NCBI RefSeq assembly: GCF_000008625.1
Contig: NC_000918.1
Span: forward strand, 1,290,001-1,322,000
DNA: 32,000 nucleotides
Source: Aquifex aeolicus VF5
GTDB taxonomy: Bacteria; Aquificota; Aquificia; Aquificales; Aquificaceae
Direction: 5' to 3'
The translations under genes were made by a program, and so were the position numbers. The notes below the pieces were generated by a model. The model was not told where the DNA came from. It saw only the letters and a program-made list of their open reading frames with translations, and ran no database searches. Positions 23,240 to 32,000 of the stretch are shown here, one piece after another (the stretch's first letter is position 1; each line of letters opens with the position of its first letter).

Positions 23240-24607
23240 GTGAGAAAGCTTTTGTACGAACTTTTAGAAGACGACCGTTCCTTTGTATTTTATATATACA
23301 ATACTTTTTCTTTCTCGGTAATTCTAATTTCCGTAATCCTCACTCTGTACGACGAGTTCTACGGATTTCACTCCAAACTCCACCCAGTAGTTCTGGAAAT
23401 AGAATGGGTCGCAAGCGGTATAATCGCTTTTGAACTCATAGGGAGGTATATACTTGCGGAGAACAAATTAAAGTATTTAACCAATTCTTTAACTATCCTA
23501 GACTTTATAGCATTAATTCCTACATTTCAGATATTCAGAGCTGTAAGGCTTATTGTTCTTATCGCGAGAGTTTTGAGACTTACCTACAGGTACAGGTTTT
23601 TCTTTGGATTTTTTGCAAACATTATTAAGGAGTTTGCCTTTGAGCTTATCTTTGTGTTTGCCCTGATACTTGTAGTAATTTTCAGCATTCTGTTAATAGT
23701 TTTTTCGGTGGAGCACGGCGGCGGAAATGAGAAGATAAATACTTTCTTTGACGCTCTTTACTATGTGATAATTACAGCCACGACTGTAGGCTACGGAGAT
23801 ATAACGCCTACCACACCTCTTGGTAAAGCCCTTGCTATGGTTCTCGGAGTGCTCGGTCTGTTTCTTTTTTCCTTAATTACCGCAACTGTGAGCACAGCCT
23901 TTTTTCACTACGTTAACATGTTAAAGATGGGAATGGTGAGCTTCAGAGAACTGAAAAATCACATAGTGGTGTGCGGGTGGAACGAAACGGGAGAAGTAAT
24001 GCTGGAAGAAATAATGAAGTACTGGGAAGAAAAAGGAGAAAGAAAAAAGCCTATAGTCGTGGTTACAGATCAGGAACTTGAAACGAGGCACGAGTTTTAC
24101 TACAAAAAAGGCGATTACGTGAGTGAAGAAGTTTTGAAAAACGCAGGTGTAGAACACGCGGACATGATAATCATACTTGCGGAAAAGGGTGTGGATCTCA
24201 CGGAAGACTCTATAGATGCGAGAACCATTTTATCTTCCATGCTTGCGAGGGATCTAAACCCGAAAGCTACTATAATCGCAGAAATACTCCTCAGGGAAAA
24301 CGCTAAAACGGTGAAGAGGAAAAACATTATAGATTACATAATCGTAGACGGAGAAGTTGTGGGACAAATGATTTCAAACTTCTTGAAGAGAAAGGACATA
24401 CCCCAGATACTAGATTACTTCCTGGATAAGGTAGATTACCTTGAGATAAAACCGAAAGAAGAAAAAACTATAAGGGAGATTATTCAGGAATTTGGCAAAA
24501 AGGGAAAGCTCCTAGGCATAAAGAGGGGAAGGGATTTTATATTCCTTCCAGACCTTGATATGGAAGTAACTCCTGAGGACACCTTAATTCTTGTGAAAGA
24601 AAAGTAG
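23240..24607 (+). CDS. Voltage-sensor-type (6-TM) potassium channel with a C-terminal RCK/TrkA-N domain (Kch-like)
   Basis: The S4-like FRAVRLIVLIARVLRLTYRYR has Arg at regular spacing. The selectivity filter is TTVGYGD and the Rossmann-like RCK segment is HIVVCGWNETGEVM. It has a GTG start with no clear RBS. Confidence 0.85.
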   Translation: MRKLLYELLEDDRSFVFYIYNTFSFSVILISVILTLYDEFYGFHSKLHPVVLEIEWVASGIIAFELIGRYILAENKLKYLTNSLTILDFIALIPTFQIFRAVRLIVLIARVLRLTYRYRFFFGFFANIIKEFAFELIFVFALILVVIFSILLIVFSVEHGGGNEKINTFFDALYYVIITATTVGYGDITPTTPLGKALAMVLGVLGLFLFSLITATVSTAFFHYVNMLKMGMVSFRELKNHIVVCGWNETGEVMLEEIMKYWEEKGERKKPIVVVTDQELETRHEFYYKKGDYVSEEVLKNAGVEHADMIIILAEKGVDLTEDSIDARTILSSMLARDLNPKATIIAEILLRENAKTVKRKNIIDYIIVDGEVVGQMISNFLKRKDIPQILDYFLDKVDYLEIKPKEEKTIREIIQEFGKKGKLLGIKRGRDFIFLPDLDMEVTPEDTLILVKEK

Positions 24608-24663
24608 TATTGTTTTATGGCTTTAAAAACCATAAATTAATAAATATAACAGTAGTTGAATAG

Positions 24664-24987
24664 ATGGCAGAACTGGAAATACATGTAAAACGGAGCGTAT
24701 TTTCACCTGATGGAAAATTTTTAGGAGTCGTGGAAATGAAGATATGGAAAGTACCAAAAGATAAATGCCATCCTGAAGGCTACAAGTACTCCCTTGTTTT
24801 TGCCTTATACAATGAAACAACGGGAAAATTTGATGGAAACTTTTTAAGATACGATAATTATCAATGTGAAGGACACCATAAACATCTTAAAGGTAAAAAG
24901 TTCCCTTATAAATTTACGGATATTGAACAATTGATAGAAGATTTTAAGAACGATTTTGAAAAATTAATTGAGGAGGTTGTGAAATGA
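24664..24987 (+). CDS. DUF6516/TumE-like putative toxin of a type II TA-like pair
   Basis: 107 aa. PEGYKYSL...FLRYDNYQCEGHHKH resembles the DUF6516 signature as I recall it (RYDN..H...HHKH). The stop overlaps the next start (ATGA). Confidence 0.55.
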   Translation: MAELEIHVKRSVFSPDGKFLGVVEMKIWKVPKDKCHPEGYKYSLVFALYNETTGKFDGNFLRYDNYQCEGHHKHLKGKKFPYKFTDIEQLIEDFKNDFEKLIEEVVK

Positions 24988-25349
24988 AAATTAAAAAAGT
25001 GGTAATAGAACCCATAGAAGATTTTTTTGAGGAAGTAAAATACGCAGTTAAACAGCATAAAACCGGAAAAAATGTTAAACTCGAATATGTATCTTTTAAT
25101 TCAGTGGAAGAATTGAGCAGGATTTTAAGCCCCAGGAGAAAAGAAATTATTGATGTGGTTAAAAAGTACAATCCGTCCTCTATAAGAGAACTCGCTCAGA
25201 TTTTAAAAAGGGACTACAAAAACGTCTATAAAGACGTAATTTTACTGAAGAAAGCAGGATTTCTTGAACTTAAAAAAGAAGGGAAAAACCTAAAACCTGT
25301 GGTGCCATATGAAGAAATAGAAGTGATCGTTAAAGTGGGTAAATCTTAA
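24984..25349 (+). CDS. wHTH DNA-binding protein, putative cognate antitoxin/regulator (COG4190 / HVO_A0114-like)
   Basis: 121 aa. The central LSPRRKEIIDVVKKYNPSSIRELAQILKRDYKNVYKDVILLKKAGFLEL is an ArsR/MarR-like winged helix. It has a 4-nt ATGA overlap with the upstream gene. Confidence 0.6.
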   Translation: MKIKKVVIEPIEDFFEEVKYAVKQHKTGKNVKLEYVSFNSVEELSRILSPRRKEIIDVVKKYNPSSIRELAQILKRDYKNVYKDVILLKKAGFLELKKEGKNLKPVVPYEEIEVIVKVGKS

Positions 25350-25362
25350 TAAAATTACTTTT

Positions 25363-26385
25363 ATGGGTTACAGAGTCGCGATAGTTGGAGCTACGGGAGA
25401 GGTAGGAAGAACATTTCTGAAGGTCCTTGAAGAGAGGAATTTTCCCGTTGATGAACTCGTACTCTACGCTTCGGAGCGTTCAGAGGGAAAGGTTCTAACT
25501 TTTAAGGGGAAGGAGTACACAGTAAAGGCTCTTAATAAAGAAAATTCTTTTAAAGGTATAGACATAGCACTTTTTTCCGCAGGAGGTTCCACGAGTAAAG
25601 AATGGGCTCCCAAGTTTGCAAAAGACGGCGTCGTTGTAATAGATAACTCCTCCGCTTGGAGAATGGACCCCGACGTTCCTCTTGTTGTTCCCGAGGTAAA
25701 TCCAGAAGACGTAAAGGACTTTAAGAAGAAGGGAATAATAGCAAATCCAAACTGTTCCACCATACAGATGGTTGTGGCTCTAAAACCTATATATGACAAA
25801 GCGGGAATTAAGAGGGTAGTAGTTTCTACGTATCAGGCTGTTTCGGGTGCCGGGGCTAAAGCGATTGAGGACCTCAAAAATCAAACTAAAGCCTGGTGCG
25901 AAGGGAAGGAAATGCCAAAAGCCCAGAAGTTTCCTCACCAAATAGCCTTCAACGCCCTTCCCCACATAGATGTTTTCTTTGAAGACGGCTACACGAAGGA
26001 AGAAAATAAGATGCTCTACGAAACGAGGAAGATAATGCACGACGAGAACATAAAGGTTAGTGCAACCTGCGTAAGGATTCCCGTTTTCTACGGACATTCG
26101 GAAAGCATATCCATGGAAACGGAAAAGGAAATATCTCCTGAAGAGGCTAGGGAAGTGCTGAAAAACGCTCCGGGGGTAATTGTAATTGACAACCCTCAGA
26201 ACAACGAGTACCCGATGCCTATAATGGCCGAGGGCAGGGACGAGGTATTTGTCGGAAGGATAAGAAAAGACAGGGTCTTTGAGCCAGGGCTTTCCATGTG
26301 GGTAGTTGCGGACAACATAAGAAAGGGTGCGGCTACCAACGCTGTTCAAATTGCAGAACTTTTAGTGAAAGAAGGACTAATCTAA
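25363..26385 (+). CDS. asd: Aspartate-semialdehyde dehydrogenase
   Basis: 340 aa with N-terminal VAIVGATGEVG, active-site NPNCSTIQ and SGAG motifs. The length fits the short (Gram-positive/archaeal-type) Asd. Confidence 0.95.
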   Translation: MGYRVAIVGATGEVGRTFLKVLEERNFPVDELVLYASERSEGKVLTFKGKEYTVKALNKENSFKGIDIALFSAGGSTSKEWAPKFAKDGVVVIDNSSAWRMDPDVPLVVPEVNPEDVKDFKKKGIIANPNCSTIQMVVALKPIYDKAGIKRVVVSTYQAVSGAGAKAIEDLKNQTKAWCEGKEMPKAQKFPHQIAFNALPHIDVFFEDGYTKEENKMLYETRKIMHDENIKVSATCVRIPVFYGHSESISMETEKEISPEEAREVLKNAPGVIVIDNPQNNEYPMPIMAEGRDEVFVGRIRKDRVFEPGLSMWVVADNIRKGAATNAVQIAELLVKEGLI

Positions 26386-26398
26386 AAGGAGGTATGAG

Positions 26399-26812
26399 AT
26401 GGCCGAAGTTCAGCACGTTGATGAAGCTTTTGAGACATTAAAAAACGCTAAAGTCGTTGCCGTTGTAGGCATTTCTCCAAAGCCCGAAAGACCCTCTTAC
26501 TACACCACAGAAAAGGTAGTAAAGAAGGGTAAGCACAAGATATACCTCGTAAACCCCCGCTACGCGGGTCAGGAGATATTCGGAATAAAGGTTCTTCCCT
26601 CCCTGAAGGACGTTCCAGAGCCCATAGACATAGTGAACGTTTACAGAAACCCCGCACACGCGGAGGAAGTCATAAAGGAAGCCCTTGAAGTTGGAGCAAA
26701 AGCGGTATGGTTTCAGCCTGGAGCGGAAAACCTAGAGGTTATAGAAAAGTACAAGGACAAGATAAAGATCATTTACAACGCGTGCATAGGGGTAGAAGCG
26801 GGCTACCTCTGA
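26399..26812 (+). CDS. CoA-binding domain protein (YccU/YneT-like)
   Basis: 137 aa. VVAVVGISPKPERPSY...IDIVNVYR...AVWFQPGAEN is typical of the small CoA-binding family. Confidence 0.78.
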   Translation: MAEVQHVDEAFETLKNAKVVAVVGISPKPERPSYYTTEKVVKKGKHKIYLVNPRYAGQEIFGIKVLPSLKDVPEPIDIVNVYRNPAHAEEVIKEALEVGAKAVWFQPGAENLEVIEKYKDKIKIIYNACIGVEAGYL

Positions 26813-26868
26813 GCCCTTTTCTTTTAGTTTTCTCTTTATAAATTTATTTAGTTAGGAGAGTTTAAAAC

Positions 26869-29823
26869 ATGCTGGGATGGATAGCTAAGAAAATCATCGG
26901 AACAAAGAACGAGAGGGAAGTAAAGAGGTTAAGGAAATTCGTAAACCAGATAAACGAACTAGAAAAGGAACTGGACGCCCTGACGAATAAAGAACTCGTT
27001 GAACTCGCTCAAGAACTCCATGACAAAATTAGGTTTGACGAGGAATTAAAGGAAAGAGTCATTAAAGGAGAAATCACACCGGAAGTTATAAAGGCCTTTG
27101 CCCTTGTGAGGGAAGCTGCAAAGAGGACACTGGGACTCAGACACTTTGACGTTCAGTTAATAGGAGGACTCGTCCTTCACGAGGGCAAAATAGCGGAAAT
27201 GAAAACTGGGGAAGGAAAAACCCTCGTTGCCACCTCACCTGCAGTAGTAAACGGAATGACGGACGAAGGGGTACACATCGTAACGGTAAACGACTATCTC
27301 GCGAGGAGAGACGCCCAGTGGATGGGACCAATATACAAATTTCTCGGACTTGAAGTGGGAGTTATAAACTCCGACGGAAAGACTTACCTCGTTGAGTGGG
27401 TTGATCCGGAAAAAGTAAAGGAAGCCATAGAAAATGACGTGAGGGTATGGCCGAAAGGCTACTACGAGGAAATCCTTCCCTCTGAAAAGGTAAACATAGA
27501 CGCTAAGAAGACTTACTTTACCACCTTAAAAGAGGCTGAACACAGAAGGAAAGCCTATGAAGCACACATAACCTACGGAACTAACAACGAGTTTGGCTTT
27601 GATTACCTGAGGGACAACTTAGCCTTCTCCAAGGAAGAAATCGTTCAGGTTAAAGGACACAACTACGCCATAGTGGATGAAGTGGACTCAATCCTGATAG
27701 ACGAAGCCAGAACGCCACTAATAATCTCAGGTCCGGCTCAAATAGACTCACAAATATATCACGTTGCGGATGCAGTAGTGAGGAAACTCAAAAAGGACAA
27801 AGACTTTACCGTTGACGAAAAGAACAGAACCGTAAACCTGACGGAACAGGGAATAAAGAAAGTTGAAAAGATGCTCGGAATAGACAACCTTTACGACTTA
27901 AAACACGTTGACCTCCTTCACGCCATTCTCCAGTCAATAAGGGCACACCACCTCTTTAAGAAAGACGTCCACTACATAGTGAGGGACGGAGAAGTTTTAA
28001 TCGTTGACGAGTTTACGGGAAGAGTTCTCCCTGGAAGAAGGTGGTCCGACGGACTCCACCAGGCAATAGAAGTAAAAGAAGGCGTCCCAGTAAAGGAAGA
28101 AAACCAGACTCTGGCTTCAATTACCTTCCAGAACTACTTCAAGCTTTACAGAAAACTCGCCGGAATGACTGGAACTGCGGAAACGGAAGCCCTTGAATTT
28201 AAAGAAATATACGGCCTTGATGTGGTAGTAATCCCAACACACAAGCCCATGATAAGGAAAGATCACCCAGACCTCGTTTTCAAAACCAAAGAAGAAAAGT
28301 GGGAAAGGGTAGTAGAAGAGGTCCTCCTTAATCACATCTTCGGAAGACCAGTTCTCGTGGGAACCGTTTCCATAGAGGACAACGAAAAACTCTCCTCACT
28401 GCTCAAGAATAAAAAACTCTTAAAGGAAATAGCAAACAGAAACAGCTTCAAGAGAAGGCTTGAAGAAACCGCTAAGAATTTGGGAGTTTCTCCGGAAGAA
28501 GTTCAGAAAAAACTTGAAGAAGTTCTCAAAAAAGGTATTCCTCACAACGTCCTGAACGCAAAGCACCACGAAAGGGAAGCGGAGATTATAGCTCAAGCGG
28601 GAAGGGTTGGAGCTGTAACGATAGCCACGAACATGGCGGGAAGGGGAACGGACATACTCCTCGGCGGAAACCCCGAATACCTCGCAAAGCAGATGCTAAA
28701 AGAAAAGGGAATTAACCCGGAAGAGGCTACTGAAGAACAGTTCAGGGAAGCCCTAAGAGAGGCTTACAGGATAACTGAGGAGGAAAAGGAAAAGGTTAAG
28801 AAGCTCGGCGGACTTCTTGTTATCGGAACGGAAAGACACGAGTCAAGGAGAATAGACAACCAGCTCAGGGGTAGAGCGGGAAGGCAGGGAGACCCCGGAG
28901 AGAGCAGGTTCATAGTTTCTCTGGAAGATGACCTCCTCAGACTCTTTGGAGGGGAAAGGGTAAGCAAGTTAATGGACATGCTGAAAATAGAAAGGGGCGA
29001 ACCCATAGAGAGCAGGATGGTGTCCAAAGCCCTTGAAAACGCTCAGAAAAGAGTAGAAGCACAGAACTTCCAGATAAGAAAGAGACTCTATGAATTTGAC
29101 AGCGTAATGAACATACAGAGGGATGTAGTTTACACGTTAAGGAGACAGCTCCTTGAAGGCGAAAACGTCCATGAGAAGATAAAGGAATTTTTGAAAGACA
29201 TAATAACTCAAAAAGTGAACGAGCTCCTTCCCGAAGACGATCCAGAACTCTGGGACCTAGAACCCTTAAAAGCCTTCCTAAAAGAACTTACGGGAAGAGA
29301 AGTAGAAATCCCGCAGGTAAGGGATAAGGAGGAGCTAATACAAAAGCTCTACGAAGAACTCTTAAAGATTTACGAGGAAAAGGAAAAAGAGATAGGAAGT
29401 CCAGAAGCTATGAGGGAACTCGAGAGGGTAATTCTCCTTAACCTCCTAGACAACGCATGGAGGGAGCACCTTCACACTCTCGACAGGTTAAGGGAAGGCA
29501 TATACTTAAGGGGATACGCGGGGAAAGATCCGCTCATAGAGTACAAGAGGGAAGCTTACGAGCTCTTTGAAAACATGATGGAAAACGTAAAACTGAACAC
29601 TCTCATGACACTCTTTAACGTCCAGATTAAGTCCGAAGAGGAGATAAAGGAAGTAGAACACGAAGAAGAAAAGAAGCACCAGAGACTCCTTGAAGAAGCA
29701 GAGCTCCAAGGTGTTCAAGGAAAGAGTGATAAAAAGCCCAGACCCAAAACTCTAAAAGAAAGATTAAAAGAAGAGAGACTGAGAAAGAGGAAATTAAAAG
29801 CGAAGAAGAAAGAACAGGAGTGA
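26869..29823 (+). CDS. secA: Preprotein translocase ATPase SecA
   Basis: 984 aa. It has MKTGEGKTLVA Walker A, the DEVDSILIDEARTPLIISG DEAD-like box, TNMAGRGTDI and ERHESRRIDNQLRGRAGRQGDPG. The tail is basic K/E-rich with no Zn-finger motif. Confidence 0.97.
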   Translation: MLGWIAKKIIGTKNEREVKRLRKFVNQINELEKELDALTNKELVELAQELHDKIRFDEELKERVIKGEITPEVIKAFALVREAAKRTLGLRHFDVQLIGGLVLHEGKIAEMKTGEGKTLVATSPAVVNGMTDEGVHIVTVNDYLARRDAQWMGPIYKFLGLEVGVINSDGKTYLVEWVDPEKVKEAIENDVRVWPKGYYEEILPSEKVNIDAKKTYFTTLKEAEHRRKAYEAHITYGTNNEFGFDYLRDNLAFSKEEIVQVKGHNYAIVDEVDSILIDEARTPLIISGPAQIDSQIYHVADAVVRKLKKDKDFTVDEKNRTVNLTEQGIKKVEKMLGIDNLYDLKHVDLLHAILQSIRAHHLFKKDVHYIVRDGEVLIVDEFTGRVLPGRRWSDGLHQAIEVKEGVPVKEENQTLASITFQNYFKLYRKLAGMTGTAETEALEFKEIYGLDVVVIPTHKPMIRKDHPDLVFKTKEEKWERVVEEVLLNHIFGRPVLVGTVSIEDNEKLSSLLKNKKLLKEIANRNSFKRRLEETAKNLGVSPEEVQKKLEEVLKKGIPHNVLNAKHHEREAEIIAQAGRVGAVTIATNMAGRGTDILLGGNPEYLAKQMLKEKGINPEEATEEQFREALREAYRITEEEKEKVKKLGGLLVIGTERHESRRIDNQLRGRAGRQGDPGESRFIVSLEDDLLRLFGGERVSKLMDMLKIERGEPIESRMVSKALENAQKRVEAQNFQIRKRLYEFDSVMNIQRDVVYTLRRQLLEGENVHEKIKEFLKDIITQKVNELLPEDDPELWDLEPLKAFLKELTGREVEIPQVRDKEELIQKLYEELLKIYEEKEKEIGSPEAMRELERVILLNLLDNAWREHLHTLDRLREGIYLRGYAGKDPLIEYKREAYELFENMMENVKLNTLMTLFNVQIKSEEEIKEVEHEEEKKHQRLLEEAELQGVQGKSDKKPRPKTLKERLKEERLRKRKLKAKKKEQE

Positions 29824-29838
29824 GCTAAAATTCTACGT

Positions 29839-31164
29839 ATGGATAACTTAGAAAACCTCGTCAAAAAATACATAAAACCCGGATACGAGTACGAAGTATT
29901 CTTTGAAAGGGTTAAAAAGTTAAAGATAGAAGTCTCAAATGAGCAAGTTGAAAACGTCTCTTCTTCCGAAGAACGGGGTATAGGAATAAGGGTTTTAAAA
30001 GATAAACGCCTTGGATTTTCCTACACTTCTTTTCTCGGTGAGGAAGAGATAAAGGACACAGTTGAAAAAGCCATGGAAATGTGTGAAATTCAGGAGCCTG
30101 ATGAGGCAAACGGCTTTATAGAGAAACTGAAACCCTCTAAAGCGGTCTCCGTTTACGACGAAGAGTCCCTGTCAATTCCCTTACAGGAAAAGATGGAAAT
30201 ACCCGTCAAGATGGAAAAGTACGCAAAGGAACTGGACAAGAGGATTGTAGGAGTGAGAAAGTCCACCCTCACCGAGGTTGAGTTTGAAGTAAGGAGCTTT
30301 AACTCTTTTGGTGTTGAGTTCGGATATAGGGGAACCTCTTACACCTCTATGATAGCGACACTCGGAACTGAAAATGATGACAGCGCAATCTCTTGGGAAT
30401 TCAGAGGCGCAAGGAGACTGAAGAACTTAAACTGGAAGTCCATGGTTGAGGACGCTGTCTTCAAAACCGTAAACCTCCTTCACCCATCTCCCTTTGAAAC
30501 TAGAAGTATGCCCGTTGTGTTCTTCAGGGAAAGCTTTGCGATGCTCCTTGACGCCTTCAGCCCTATGTTTTTGGGAGACTACCTGGTTAAAGGAAAAACA
30601 CTTTTAAAGGATAAGGTAAACGAAATAGTAGCGAGTGAAAAAATCACGCTCGTTGATGACGGCTCCATGGAAGAGGGGTTTTCCACTTTCCCTTACGACG
30701 CGGAAGGAGTGCCCACCAGAAAAAATTTATTAATAGATAAAGGAGTGTTTAAGGGCTTTCTGCACAGCCTCTACACCGCGAGGAAGTCCTCTCAGGAACC
30801 TACCGGAAACTCCGTAAGAGGATCCTACAAAGAACTGCCATCTTCGGGAACCACGAACTTTTACTTAGAAAAGGGGAACCTTTCCTTTGAAGAATTACTC
30901 TCCTATTACGATGAGGTTTTCTTGGTTCTGGAGGTAATGGGACTCCACACCGTTGACACTATTTCGGGGGACTTCTCCCTTGGTTGTTCGGGAATTCTTT
31001 ACAAAAAGGGAAAGAAGGACAAAACGGTAAGGGGCATAACTGTAGCGGGGAATATACTAGATCTACTTAAGAACGTTGAAGAAGTGGGGAACGATCTCAC
31101 TTTTTATGGGAGTGTAGGTTCACCCTCGGTTCTCGTTAAAAAATTAACCCTCGGAGGGGGGTGA
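29839..31164 (+). CDS. pmbA: TldD/PmbA-family metalloprotease component
   Basis: 441 aa. ERGIGIRVLKDKRLGFSYT, FPYDAEGVPT and C-terminal SGDFS/GITVAGN motifs are typical of PmbA/TldD. Confidence 0.85.
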   Translation: MDNLENLVKKYIKPGYEYEVFFERVKKLKIEVSNEQVENVSSSEERGIGIRVLKDKRLGFSYTSFLGEEEIKDTVEKAMEMCEIQEPDEANGFIEKLKPSKAVSVYDEESLSIPLQEKMEIPVKMEKYAKELDKRIVGVRKSTLTEVEFEVRSFNSFGVEFGYRGTSYTSMIATLGTENDDSAISWEFRGARRLKNLNWKSMVEDAVFKTVNLLHPSPFETRSMPVVFFRESFAMLLDAFSPMFLGDYLVKGKTLLKDKVNEIVASEKITLVDDGSMEEGFSTFPYDAEGVPTRKNLLIDKGVFKGFLHSLYTARKSSQEPTGNSVRGSYKELPSSGTTNFYLEKGNLSFEELLSYYDEVFLVLEVMGLHTVDTISGDFSLGCSGILYKKGKKDKTVRGITVAGNILDLLKNVEEVGNDLTFYGSVGSPSVLVKKLTLGGG

Positions 31165-31769
31165 TGAAAAAATTAATCCTCTTACTACTCTGGATTTTTC
31201 TATTAACCTTTTCCCTTTCATCTTTCTACATTTCCTACTCCGCATTCAACGAAGAGAGGACGCAAAAGATAGCGGGAAACCTCGGGGCATTTCTTTTAGC
31301 GATCCCCGAAAACAAGGTCGTTATACTCCCAAATCCCGAGCTTACAATTATAAAAGTCCAAAAGAACGGACAGATATTTATGACTGCTAACGCGGTAAAA
31401 CCCTTTGACCCTAAACTCTATTCTGGATTTAAAAAGAGTTTTAACGGGACACTCGTAGAGGTTTACGTCAAAAATGCCACCCTTGACGATTTTTTTATGT
31501 TTTTAGTAAGTAATCCTACCTTCGGCGGACTTTTAGCCTTTGTATTTATTCTTTATATATCCTTCTTCTACTTTACGGTGAACGAACTGAGGGAGGTTAA
31601 AGTAATCAGAAAAGCCGAAAAGGAACATTCTTTTGACGCAAAGGAAGTAATAAACTCTCTCAAAGCCCTAAAGGTTCTATTGCACACTGAAAAAATACTC
31701 AAAGAGGAAAGTGTGGAGAAAGCTAAATCCATCCTTGATGAAACCATTAAAAAGTTAGAAAATAAATAG
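31164..31769 (+). CDS. Two-TM membrane protein with a periplasmic loop domain and a cytoplasmic coiled coil (sensor-like, no catalytic domain)
   Basis: Hydrophobic segments lie at about aa 4-25 and 115-140, with a K/E-rich helical tail. The ATG at 31164 overlaps the pmbA stop (TGATG) and follows GGAGGGGGG. The GTG at 31161 is also possible. Confidence 0.55.
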   Translation: MKKLILLLLWIFLLTFSLSSFYISYSAFNEERTQKIAGNLGAFLLAIPENKVVILPNPELTIIKVQKNGQIFMTANAVKPFDPKLYSGFKKSFNGTLVEVYVKNATLDDFFMFLVSNPTFGGLLAFVFILYISFFYFTVNELREVKVIRKAEKEHSFDAKEVINSLKALKVLLHTEKILKEESVEKAKSILDETIKKLENK

Positions 31770-31780
31770 GAGGGGCTTGA

Positions 31781-32000
31781 ATGAAAATTTTGATAGTTTC
31801 CTTCGATAAAACCTTAGTTGACAGCTTAAAAGAACACCTCGCACAACACGAAGTTTACACGGCAAAGAACGCCGAAGAAGCCATAACCCTATCTCCATCG
31901 GACATCGATTTAATAATCTTCGACGCCATTTCTGGTGCAATTTCCGAAGAAGAGATAAACGAATTGTATTCAAAGAAGTTTAAAAATCAAAAGTACGTGA
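31781..32000 (+). CDS. Receiver (REC)-like domain protein, 3' end outside the window
   Basis: The ATG at 31781 follows AGGAGGGG by 5 nt. The frame is open to the window edge (it is not in the ORF track because no stop is seen). [20 protein letters not shown]...[11 protein letters not shown] has receiver-like beta1 and beta3/acceptor-Asp patterns. Confidence 0.55.

Noticed and set aside
23200-23433. 77-aa plus-strand ORF overlapping the start of the K+ channel gene.
   Set aside because: It lies in a different frame from the channel gene, which has unmistakable motifs. The translation is R/F/S-rich with no features.
1-32000. Search for CRISPR arrays, tRNA/rRNA genes, IS elements, integrases, long direct repeats or prophage remnants.
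   Set aside because: I found no regularly spaced repeats, no cloverleaf-like GC islands apart from the SRP RNA, and no transposase or integrase-like ORFs. The only repeats seen are short palindromes in intergenic regions.

Overview
This is a gene-dense 32-kb chromosomal segment, almost all coding on both strands, from a hyperthermophilic bacterium. The proteins are rich in K, E, I and V, and the coding DNA is moderate to low in GC, with one sharply GC-rich structured-RNA island. Gene content and style look like Aquificae, probably Aquifex aeolicus or a close relative. That attribution is from memory, not a search. Pathway genes are scattered rather than grouped into operons. The housekeeping genes I recognise are purL (5' partial), lspA, dapF, exbD-like, copZ-like, prfB, ilvH, an M50 protease, a c-type cytochrome, SRP RNA, dnaX, uvrB, iscA/erpA-like, flgD-flgE-fliL, an AmmeMemoRadiSam-type radical SAM enzyme, a porin, a Kch-like K+ channel, asd, a CoA-binding protein, secA and pmbA/tldD-family. 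I saw no rRNA, tRNA, CRISPR array, IS element or integrase. The most interesting content is: (1) a minus-strand, translationally coupled cassette at 4.6-8.9 kb. It combines a conservon-like module (membrane HAMP/coiled-coil protein, Roadblock/LC7, DUF4388-wHTH, CvnD/MglA-related GTPase) with a GspL/PilM-PilN-type protein. (2) A single-gene fusion of an HKD (PLD-family) nuclease domain to a HerA/FtsK-type ATPase at 10.2-12.0 kb. (3) A small DUF6516-like/wHTH toxin-antitoxin-like pair at 24.7-25.3 kb. (4) Four genes (pilM/gspL-like, an ABM-fold gene, dnaX, flgE) whose conserved sequence continues in the -1 frame. Two breaks lie at poly-A runs, including a canonical A_AAA_AAA heptamer in dnaX. 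All domain calls were made by eye from the translations and need HMM or BLAST confirmation.
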